From contig CM041465.1 of NCBI GenBank assembly GCA_023213395.1, positions 126,301,741-126,365,740 of the forward strand: a DNA stretch of 64,000 nucleotides, given 5' to 3'. Position 1 is the first letter of the stretch. Each line of letters opens with the position of its first letter. This DNA comes from Cycas panzhihuaensis (Eukaryota > Plantae > Cycadophyta). Below, one piece after another: positions 1 to 10,602 of this stretch. Both the position numbers and the translations under genes were made by a program. The notes below the pieces were generated by a model, which was not told the DNA's origin, did not search any database, and saw nothing but the letters and a program-made list of their open reading frames with translations.

Positions 1-92
1 AAAAGCTGGCATTTCATCACATTCATAGATGACTTCTCAAGGAAAATGTAGGTCTATCTCCTGAGAAAAAAGTATAAAACCCTAAATAAATT
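1..92 (+). repeat. Copia integrase fragment; inverted copy of the 4.9 kb tandem-array unit
   Basis: Translates KSWHFITFIDDFSRKM*VYLLRKKYKTLNK (Copia integrase core). By eye it is the exact reverse complement of 62405-62496. Confidence 0.9.
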
Positions 93-592
93 NNNNNNNN
101 NNNNNNNNNNNNNNNNNNNNNNNNNNNNNNNNNNNNNNNNNNNNNNNNNNNNNNNNNNNNNNNNNNNNNNNNNNNNNNNNNNNNNNNNNNNNNNNNNNNN
201 NNNNNNNNNNNNNNNNNNNNNNNNNNNNNNNNNNNNNNNNNNNNNNNNNNNNNNNNNNNNNNNNNNNNNNNNNNNNNNNNNNNNNNNNNNNNNNNNNNNN
301 NNNNNNNNNNNNNNNNNNNNNNNNNNNNNNNNNNNNNNNNNNNNNNNNNNNNNNNNNNNNNNNNNNNNNNNNNNNNNNNNNNNNNNNNNNNNNNNNNNNN
401 NNNNNNNNNNNNNNNNNNNNNNNNNNNNNNNNNNNNNNNNNNNNNNNNNNNNNNNNNNNNNNNNNNNNNNNNNNNNNNNNNNNNNNNNNNNNNNNNNNNN
501 NNNNNNNNNNNNNNNNNNNNNNNNNNNNNNNNNNNNNNNNNNNNNNNNNNNNNNNNNNNNNNNNNNNNNNNNNNNNNNNNNNNNNNNNNNNN
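93..592. other. Assembly gap (500 N)
   Basis: Run of N of fixed length 500. Confidence 1.
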
Positions 593-3414
593 TACTCCCT
601 TTTGTTCCGGAGTTTGGGATGTTTTTGCAGCCGGTTTATGAGCATGAAGGAATTGACATTGTCACCTATAATCTCACACCATCCACAGAGCGCTATCATT
701 AACAGCGTCCTTACTAGCTCGGCCACCATCGGGGCTGAGGTTGGCTTTTCAGATGCTAAACTCATTACTTCCATTGGACTTCCCCAAAGTTGGTCTCTAA
801 TATGTGTCCCCGTTGCTAAAAGAATCGGGCGATTCATGCTATCATGTTGACTTCCACCATGACATTAATAATGACCCTGTATCCACTGAGGACAACTTCG
901 CTCTCATTCATCAGTCAAATGTAATGATCATCTGACTATATTTGAAGTCATAATCGCTTAATGGATAGCTTCTTTAGCGGCTACTAACTTCAAAATCCAG
1001 TTTCCTCCTAAAATAGGCATATAAGGCGACCTTCACACTACACCATGGGGTACCTTTGTTTGTAAGGAAATGCCCTTTGGCCCTTAAAAATGTAGGTGCT
1101 ACTTACGGAGAGCCATGCATTTCATCTTCCACAACCTCATTAATAACACATTAGGGGTCTTCAAGCGGATGATATGATGGAGGCCTCTCTACGTCATCAG
1201 AGGCCCATCATTCCCCATAGAGCTTGCGGGACATCTTCTCCATGATGCCACAAGTATCAATGTCGAGTCATCTGCTCAAGTGTGTATTTGCTATTACTTG
1301 GGGTAAACTCCTTGGGTTTCTTGCAATGACGAACAAGGGAATCCAGTTGATCTGACATTAAGGTTAAGGGTAATCCCTTGACATATGTCGCCTCACGAGA
1401 ACCCAGCGATAGATTAAGTCATTTCTAGGTAGGCTCAATTTTCTCAGGCATATGGGCGGATTTCGCCATGCAGTGCTAAACCCTATGAAACTATTGAAGA
1501 AGGGAGCTCACTTTCATTTGGTCGACAAGACCCAAAAGAAACACTGAAGGACTCAAGAGAGCCTTATTGCTTAAGAAACTCTATCTTGGTGCCTCCTCCA
1601 CTTAGATGGGCCCTTTGTCACATACACCTCGGTGATTATGAGTCCTTGATGCGAAACTATGTTGGCTATTCGGGAGGATGACTTGGGAATGAGAGTTATT
1701 TATTTCATTAATCACACCCTCGTGGCTACTTAACTGTAACTATTCTCTCTGAGGAAGGAGTGTCTCTCCTTGGTCCGTATGTGACGAAAGTTGAACTTCT
1801 TGGCTTGGTAATACCACCAAGGTGATCGTCAATCCAGATCCCTTACGATGCTAACTCATCAGTTCAGGAATTAGCGAGGTAGGGATGGTATTGTGCGACC
1901 CATCCTACTTCTGAAATTCGACAGCTTTATACGTTAAGCCTGAAAAAATCAAAGAGGGAATGGTAGTGGCAGGAAGTAACTTTATGAGATGCCCCTATCT
2001 CCAACTCCTTTTGATGCTTTCTTGTTGTGCAATTCTCTCCATGATGAGTCCATCTTGATAATTCGGGATATCTCCCCTCATCCACTCATCAACAATAGAG
2101 GTGGTGTAATGGTGATATAGTCGCAAATTATCTCACTAGCGGCAACAATCGCCTTGATCTTTACGGTAATAAGGGTTAGATCTACGCATCAGGACTTCTA
2201 CCGAGTAATACTTCCTCGATGAAGTATTATACAAGCGATCACTTGATAGGATCCTCCTCAAGCTACGTCTAGCTTTGCCAGCGAAGTTGGACAAATACTT
2301 CGGCGGAATACCACCGCGCTGGTATTTGGCCAGGGGGCCACACAGGAGGCGATCTATGGCAGGAAGGATCGCTTCACATGCCCGATTATTCTGGTAGTCC
2401 CTTTTCAAGGGCGCCCACCACCTTTACTTTCACGAGATGTTGTGCAATGTTAGGAACAATGCCAACATTTCTAATAATCTATCAAGGCCCTTCGCATTGT
2501 TGTTCTCCATGGCCTTTCTACGCTAAGTGGGGCTAGACCCTCCCGTAAGGCTATTTCTCCACCTTAACCGTCATTCTTGACCTACAAGTTTATCTTGAAT
2601 GCCACGGAATAGCCTTCTCGAATGGGGTGGAGCCATTCCGCATATTACTACTCCTAGTAAAATGATAGCCACATTCGATTTACCGGCTTGCATCATTCTA
2701 CCGGTTTTTGGGATTCGAGATGTCTAATCAGCTATGACAATGGAACCACCCCTTTTTTGCAACAAAAGGGAGATGGATGAGCTTTGCGAGAAGTTCTAGA
2801 TTTCTCCCAAAACTTCCTCTCGCCCACCCTCGAACAAATGGAGAAGTAGGAGTCTTTCAGGTAGACTCGTCAATATCTTAAAGAAAACCATTGCTTTCGG
2901 GTCTCAAGAAATTTAACGCCTTGTTGCCCTCACTTTTGTGGGCTTATCTTTCTCTATCTGTTCCACCATGAGAGGAATGATCTCGTTCTCCACTGGTCCT
3001 ACATGGTATCAGAGGCTGATACTCCCCTTTGGAGGTGGAGATTCCTTCTTCTGATCTCCCTTGAGGTCTCATCGATGAAAGTTGATCACCATGTAGGAGC
3101 TCTTATACGGATCTTGAGGCTTTGGACGAGGCAACCTTAGGCGCCATATCAGGAGGCTAACCTGGCATCAAGCTTCGCTCCTGCAAAGGACTCTACGATA
3201 AACATCTTTGTTCCCATCCTTTGTTTTCGGGGATTCGTCCTCAACCTTGAATATCTTCATGACCATTTGACCAAATTCAAACCTCGATGGGTTGGCCACT
3301 TTTGCAGTCATTATCGAGACTCTTAGTAATGGTGCTTATAGGATCGCCACCACGGAAGAACTTGAATTTGAGAAAGTTATTAATAGAAAATTCCTTAAGA
3401 AGTTTTACACGTGA
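593..3414 (+). pseudogene. Gypsy pol (RT, RNase H, integrase), heavily frameshifted
   Basis: Fragments: TTPWGTF and MPFG.KNVGATY (~1040-1110); SFLGRLNFLR (~1420); integrase PWPF..WGLD (~2510). The C-terminus reads GAYRIATTEELEFEKVINRKFLKKFYT*, with TGA at 3412-3414. Confidence 0.85.
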
Positions 3415-4020
3415 CCTCACTGTCACTTAGCCATACTCCGAAATGAGCCTAAATTACCATCTTAAGTTATTCATTCCTCCCGGCCATGGGTGAAATGGCA
3501 ATTTAGGAGTGGCCTCTTCCATTTCTTTTTGTTTCTCCCATGGAACCCATGTTCCCATATCCTTTTTAGGACCTTTTGTCTTCTATTTGGGCATCTCCTA
3601 ATCGGGCGACACTTTGGATATCATTACTCCTCTCTCTCTCTCAGTGTTTCCTTAGCACATCTGCTATGCTCCTCCATGGGACGTGCATATCGCTCTATTT
3701 CTAACCTCACACTTCTCTATCACCTCTACTCATAGTGGGCGTGTGTACTCTGTTAGACATATAACCATGCATGGAAGAAATCGTGTGTCATATAACAAAG
3801 CATCTGTAACATACATAACAAAACATGCATGCCATCATGCACATGATATACACCATCTCATATCAAAATGGGTGCAATTGCCCGTATATATATACATCAA
3901 AATCATATGTTACATAGTACATATGGGAAGCAGTGTCCTTGTAGGGGAGTACAATCATATGACTCTATATATATGACCCCTGAGGGCGTGCTTTCCCTAT
4001 CAAAATCTAATATATGTGTC

Positions 4021-6335
4021 TTACTCTCTGCTATCCCTCACAGGGTACCATCTCACAGCTGTGTGATCCCTCTCCTGAGGACCACATCCCTCAGGAGCTC
4101 CTCCACAGGCCTCCACGAGCTCCCTCGCTCCCCTCTCATCACATGGGCGTCTCGGGGTTGTCCTTTGAGTGTGGGTGTATGTCTGCTTTTATCTGCTCGA
4201 CCTCGATGCCACAGTCTACCGGTGATCGTGTCGAGGCACAGATACGATCTCTCTCACTCTCCGCTCCTCGGAGGCGGCTCCTCTGGGACCTAGTCGGACT
4301 GTCCCATGCTCACAGTGTCTCCACACTCCTCCACAGGCCTCTGAGAGCATGTACATACCTCGTGGTGTGTCTCACTCCCCCCTAGCCTCATCCGACTCTG
4401 TTGTATACGTACTCACAATGCCATGCTCTTGAGACTCTGTGGCCCCAGGATGTCTCTCTCCCTGCACTTGGCCAGAGGCCAGCGCCATGTGTGCACCTAC
4501 CGATCTAGGCGCATCCTCTACCTGGATGGGCGGTTATCCCTCTGCATACACCTAAGGGAACATCTCTCTCACCATAGCCTCTACCAAGCACGATCTCGCG
4601 GTACCTGAATCAACATACCATATATCAATATATATCCGGTGCATCACCGAAATAAAACTAAATCAAACTATCTATCGGCTACTAAGCGGTGAGGAATGGT
4701 TAGGTCTCATACAGTGTGGTGACTCCTCTACCCATGCGGTAACCTCTCCTCTAGCTCCCACTTGTTCTTGGTACCTCCACCTCGGGTACCACCTCTGCAG
4801 GGCTCTCTCCTCACGGAGGCTTAGCTCGCCTCTCTGGATCTCTTCATGATGCAGCAGCCTCACGGGCCCTCGTCCTTGATAGGCTGCCTCTCCTCTGGCG
4901 ATCCACACTGGATGGCCTACTTTGCTCCTCTTGCCATCCACGATGGACTGCCTCTCCGTAGGTCGTGATAGGCTCGCCCCATCTCCTCCATCATCATCAT
5001 CATCATCATCGCCGCCCGGGCGCCCTGCTCCACACCGCGCTTGTCAGCTTTGTCCCACCTCAGCATCCCTACTCTGAGATCGCCACATAATCCATCATGG
5101 TGAGAGGTCCGGTGATGTCACCTCAGGGAGTGCTAGGCGTGGGCTGGTCCTCCATCCCCTTAGCCTAATGCCACACTTTGGCAGACCATTAGGGCCCACT
5201 TTGCAATGGGGTGTGGTCCTCCCACTGATGCCACTACTCCAAAATGATCAAAAAAATAGCATTGTAGCAATGTGTTATATGATAACCCTCCTCTACCAAT
5301 CATCCTGATAGCGTCGACATGCGCGATGAGGTTCGTTGCTATCAGGGTGGCCCAGTCCATCCTCTCGTTGGCCTCACAGCGGTGCACTGCATCCATCCAT
5401 CCCCCAGGGATGTCTCTATAGTTCTATTTCTGGGAAACCTTGAACAGAATATACAATGTAATAAGCTTCCTCACCCAAGGAATCCTGGACATCACCATCA
5501 TCTAGAGAGGGACTCCTCTCCTCTCCCATCATACATCACATGAAAAATGATGCTGCCTCATGATGTGCTGCCTCATTACTAGGTAGCGCCCCCAGTGTCA
5601 CCGGCCTCCCAATCGCCGGTACTCCTAAAATCCACTGGATATCCCTCGGCATCACTGTCATATCTCCTACCTGGGATACGTGGAAAACATGCCTCCTCTG
5701 TCCTGGTGTGATACGATATCCACTTAGCAACCTACCGATCGATGTGTATTGAGGTGTCTTGAGGCCTTGAATAGGTTGCACCTCCACAGAGACCCCTAGT
5801 CCTCTCCAGACATCATCTCGATATAGCTCAGCATTGCCATACATATGTTCTCGTGGTTATCCACAGCGATAACAGCCTGCTAACACCACAAACCCAAGTC
5901 AATCCCATGTCAATCCTCATGTTTTACGGTGTCTCAACTCTCTGCTTGAGATTTGGGGCCTCATGGCCCCATCTTCTTTCACTGTGGGTGCGCGCCCAGG
6001 TACTAAACTTGGTAGTGTAAAGTTTAGCTTGGGTCCTGACGATCGAGGCCCGTGGCAAAGATCACGGCATCGCGATCTTTGCCCAGATGACGGAACCCCA
6101 GAAAAGTTTACACCAAAAATAATAAAAAATCTTTTGTGTGGACCCCGTAGAACCCACGGGACTAGGCTCCCTAATCAGAGGTCCCCCTCTTTAGGTCAGT
6201 TCGGACTGAGGCCTCCATACTTTATATGGGGCATGAAAACTACGTAAAAATCAACAAAAATCACTGAATTTTAAACTTTGAAATGGGATAGGTTTCGTGG
6301 GATCCACTCACTGGATCTGGTCTCATTGTCGCCAT
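4021..6335 (-). pseudogene. Spliced antisense accessory gene: Plant Mobile Domain (PMD, aminotransferase-like, PF10536) followed by an acidic linker and an R/E-rich tail
   Basis: ORF 5536-5844 RRHVFHVSQVGDMTVMPRDIQWILGVPAIGRPV matches the PMD motif xTFH.P.GE.T.TL.DV..ILGLP..G.PV. ORF 5160-5396 DWATLIA...GGLSYNTLLQCYFFDHF matches W...LA....GG...LLQ.W..EHF. Predicted ATG at 6335 (MATMRPDP). Predicted introns 6311-5877 (GTGAGT..TTGAC..TAGCAG) and 4712-4605 (GTATGA..TTCAG). (GAT)n at ~4990-5010. The 3' end is approximate. Confidence 0.75.
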
Positions 6336-6491
6336 CGGCGTCCTGGCGATCCGTGGCTCCTCCGCACTCCGATCCAGCGGTCTGATCTCCCTCTGCGTGC
6401 CTCCAAAGTCAGGCGACGCTCCACTATGTAAGGAAATGGTTCTGGTTTCTCACGAGAGCTGGTGAAAATGAATCCGTTTTCCATTCAATTT

Positions 6492-6502
6492 CCTTATATA
6501 GG
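6492..6502 (-). promoter_or_regulatory. TATA box of the antisense PMD gene (near-palindromic)
   Basis: CCTATATAAGG on the minus strand ~160 nt upstream of the predicted ATG; reads CCTTATATAGG on the plus strand. Confidence 0.5.
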
Positions 6503-6994
6503 TGGGGGCCCTAACGGGTACTCCCTCTATTTTCGCTCTCGCGATAGCCATTGGGGCCGTCCCATTTCCTTGATCACCTTTGTCTTCTAGTCCTGTCTCC
6601 TGTTGCATCCCTTTAGCGCCCTTTTTGCTCTTTCTTGTGGGTGCATTTATGGCACCTCATGTTTGCACTCTTTCGAAGGGCCCTTATCTCGTTTGCATGC
6701 CACTCCGTGCATGCAGGAGTTTATACTTGATTGGCTCGTTTAGTCTGGACTCATTTAGTAGCCCTTTTACGCTCTTGGGGTCTCCGGAGGAATCTTGTCA
6801 GGGCACGTTGTGCTTCCAAGTGGCCTTTGGTAATCTAGGTGCCATTTTTTCTACCCGCTTTCAGGTAGGGATCAGACTGCTTGCTCTCGTCCTTAGGTAG
6901 CCTCATTGCTAGGTCCTCCTACCCTTCACAGCCACTTATTGCTTCTTGGGTCCCTCTTTTGCTCCATTATCATTTATTTACTACCAGAACTTTG

Positions 6995-7360
6995 TATCAC
7001 CCATGTCCCTCTATATTTTCTTGTGTTGAAATACGGTAACCTTGGACCTTCTATCATGCATGGATCCTTCATAGCCCCTTTGGACATGATTTCCTGCACT
7101 CTTGGGTCTTCCTCCCAGAGGCTACCAATAATGAAGTGAGTACCACATCATTGAAACCCTCAGCGCTCTTTGTTTCTATCACGGACCTATTATTACGCTT
7201 CGACTCTCAAGTTGTGGTGTCCCATCTCACCCGGGTTTACCGGTTCGATGCCCTCACTTGAGAACCCTCGCTCTAGCCTAGATCCCTCTAGCTCGCTTCT
7301 CATCTATTGAAATTCAATACATTCGCAGGCCCTCAACCGAGGGTGGATAGCCTCATTTGC
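6995..7360 (+). pseudogene. Archaeal/plant-type RNase H (aRH, RVT_3-like), detached from pol
   Basis: Across frameshifts: LYF..YGNLGPS / AWILHSPFG...FLPEATNNEVEY / FDSQVVVSHLTRVYR / CPHLR..RFSSIEIQYIRR.LN..VDSL. This matches the aRH motifs GNPGP, TNNxAEY, DSxLVV and HI.R..N..AD.L. Confidence 0.8.
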
Positions 7361-7799
7361 CTCATCCTTGAGCGTCGCCTTCCTCTCCTTGTTGATCGCC
7401 CCTAAGGCTTGTCTGGTCACTCTGTCACACCCAAGCCCTATGTCATCAACGCTTCACCTTGCGATCCATTCGCACCTCTAAAACTTAGCCGCTAATGAGG
7501 TTAAACTATGGCGACTACCAGTTTTATTTACTCTTCTACTTGATCATGTACATCTCTTTACATCTTTCGTGGCGGAGGTAGCCCCCTTGCCCTTTATATT
7601 TTACAGTGATTCTGGGTGGCACATGGCGGCCCTATGTTGTCTCCACCTCTGCCTTCATATCCACGCGTTCCACCACGACACTTGCTGGTACCCTTGACCA
7701 CTGTTATGATCTTGATTTATATATCTATATGCACATGTGCTACTGACAGTTGTGTTGCTAGCATTCGCCATCACACCATACTTCTGAGCGGCGAGGCTC

Positions 7800-10602
7800 T
7801 GCGCGAGGCGGTGTTTTCGGCTTCCGAGAATGGATACGGAGCGGTCGACTCAGGTAAGTGTAGGTGTGCTTCTCACCTTATCATTGTTTTCTTTTGTGAA
7901 TTGTATATGCTTGCATGATGTGATTTCATAGATGATCTTGTTGTCATCTACACTATCTAACTATGACAACTATAGTGAGGGCACATTCCCAGTGAGTGTG
8001 GCACCTCGGTGGCCATTTCACTTCCTGCATTCTTCCCTACTCGCCTCAAGACCCATTTGGCTCATGTCATCCTTGCGTCACGATGACGTCATTGTTTGGT
8101 TGACTTGTCATGTCTTTTGAGTCCTATTTTGCTCTTATGACTCGTTTATTAGCTTGTCTGCCTCTAGGCAGGTGGCCCTGCCCCCTACCAGCCTCCTTAG
8201 TCATTGGTCCATAGCCCAGGCTGGCTGTTTGGGCTAGATTTGGCCTCTAGTCCTACACTGCCACAAATATCATAGTACCCTTTGCAAAGTATCACGATCT
8301 TTACAAAATTTATAGCGGTCTGTTGTCTCGGTTGTTTTAAAAATCTGCCGTGCCAATTCTTACATTTATTGTGGAACTACCACGTGTCTCGCGACTTGAC
8401 TCACCGCCAGTTGTGCCCTAATCGCTTGTTTAGGGTTCAGGTTGGGTATTTAAGTCTTTCCTAATTCATTTTAGGGATCTTTTTGCTTATTTTTGGAAGG
8501 ATCTTAAGGAAAACGGCCTACTCTACTTTTCCTTGCTCCACTACTTGTTCCGGGACTGTATCAATCTCTAGCACCCGGCTCTCCTTTGGTACAGCTGTGA
8601 CATCTTCCCAGCCCCTTGCACACCTTGGAGAGGGCCTCCTTGGAGAGATTCCAGCACTTCCTTGTCAAGGCGACCATCAAGCATCCTCAAGTGCAGTTTT
8701 CCTTCAGCCATATTAGCAAGGGCTCCATACCTATTGTTCCACAGTCTTTTGGCAGATTTCTCAGCCTTCTTTCAGCAGTTCTTGACAGAGGAAAAGCCTC
8801 CCTTCTTCTCTATAAGTATTTGTTGGTTTAGGGTTTTCTCTTATCCAATTTATGCCCAGGTTTGCATGTCATTTCTAACTTGTCTTAGCTTACTCTTTGG
8901 AGGTTGTTTCTTGTCTTGCTTTGGACTATTTTTTCCCTGCTGTTAGGGCCTTCTTTCTTGCATTTCACCGTGAGACGGCCAAAGGGATATACAAGGTTTG
9001 GGTTAGGCGGGTGGATTCCACACCACCTTCCACATTCCCTAAGAGGCTTTTTGCCCTCCAAACCTTCCCTTTTGCCCCGTGTTGCTCTTGGAAGTGAAAC
9101 AAGGGTTTGATAGGCTATCTCAAGTTGCTGAAATTAGCATTGTCACTCATTGTAATGCTGGTTTGAGGGCTCATATCTTGATCTGGGCAACACTCATAAG
9201 CCCCAGCTACTTGTCCCTGGCTCAACCTCGTTCTTGACAACCCGGTTTGCTTCCCATAGCACTCTAGTTTGTTGTAGATCTCTTTCAGCTTTTTTTTAGA
9301 CTCTTGTTGCCTCTATTTCCAGCCTTCTTGCATAGCCATACCCTCACTGCCTTGTGGCTTCTTGAGGGAGGATAGGATTGCTCCTTGTAGGAGGTGGGCC
9401 ACTCTGAGGCTTACCGGCTTACTCTTCATTTATTTGGGTCATTTTCTCTACAGTTTATTATTGCAATATTGAATACTACTTGCATGTGTTTAAGTTTATG
9501 CTTGTTTCATACATACATGTATTGTTAGGATTTTCTATTATGTGCTAGCACCCTTTCTCTGGAAAGGGATACTTTCATTTACTTATAGGTACACGGAGGA
9601 CACAAAGGACCCATTCCTTTTCCTCTCTCACGGATAAGTGCTTGGTTTATGTTTTACTTTAGTAATTCATTTGTTGCTAGCATTTTGTCCCTTTTTCCTT
9701 TCTTTGCACTCTAGTGTCGTTTCCGAGGAAGGTAAGGAAGCCCCATGCTTTGGTCTCTGCAACTCTTCTCATTTGCCATGCTTTCTGGGCGATTTTGGAT
9801 ACCTCATGGGAGTGCCTTGGCTTCAACGTGTCTCCATTACGGGTACATACTCTCTCTACCTCATTTCCTTTTCTTTAAAGGTTTTTATGCGATAGTAATT
9901 AGGTCATTTGAAAGAAAAAGAAAACCAACCCCATCTTTGATTTATATTCAATTTGCTACACTTCTCGCATTATATCTATTATAGGAAAAGGTCTTAGGAA
10001 GTCTCCCCTTTCACCTTTTCCCCTCATCTTACAAACTCCTCCTTGTCTCATTGACTTGTTTTACTTAGTTAGTTTGCTTGCATACATCATAACTCTTCCC
10101 TTTGATTGTTCCTTTGTCCTTTCTCGGTTTTCTCTCACCTAGCGAGCGAGAAGATCTTGTCGTGGGTCGCTCACTTGCCGCCCTTTCCTCATTTCCCTCC
10201 CTAGAAACCCTTGAAGGGTTCTCTCCTTTCCCTTCCAGCCATCCAAGGGTGGGAGGATCCTTCCCCTAGGTCTACTCAGGTTAATCCTATGCCTCCTCTC
10301 TTCTTGTTTGAAGTAGGGAACCACCTCTAGGTAGCTGGATATCATTTGCAGATCCCAAACTCGCGCTCTGATGCATGGGGTGCCCTATGTGGTATTTTCC
10401 TTACTCGTAGGTCCTCATCCACACTCAATAGTACCATTGACTGCCCTTGTCATCCCTACTCAGTTAAGTAGCTATCCCGTAGATGTGCATCTGAGGGGTA
10501 GCCGACCTTCTATGCTCATGTACCTAGGTATAAAGAGTTTAATTTTCTTACGTATCAATATATATTGAGCCCCTAAACTACCATTTTTGGGCAGGTATAA
10601 CT
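7800..10602 (+). repeat. 3' LTR of the Tat element (~2.8 kb, ends approximate)
   Basis: Non-coding and preceded by a G-rich PPT-like tract (~7786-7797). Collinear along its length with the reverse complement of 47461-49982 (shared GAATGGATAC, CCTTGGAGAGGGC, AAACAAGGGTTT, GGAAGGTAAGGAAGCCCC, CCAAGGGTGG). Ends TTTTTGGGCAGGTATAAC. Confidence 0.65.

Larger units (their letters stand above)
593..10602 (+). mobile_element. Tat-clade Ty3/Gypsy LTR retrotransposon, 5' part lost in the gap (pol, antisense PMD gene, aRH, 3' LTR)
   Basis: RT-RH-INT order, long 3' region with extra ORFs, archaeal-type RNase H and a long LTR. Composition drops sharply to AT-rich at ~10602. Confidence 0.85.

Noticed and set aside
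82-837. Long ORFs spanning the N runs (also 43014-43851)
   Set aside because: Artefacts of translating gaps as X
3490-4608. Plus-strand ORFs after integrase as an env-like gene
   Set aside because: No recognisable domain; they are the antisense shadow of the PMD gene's last exon and 3' region
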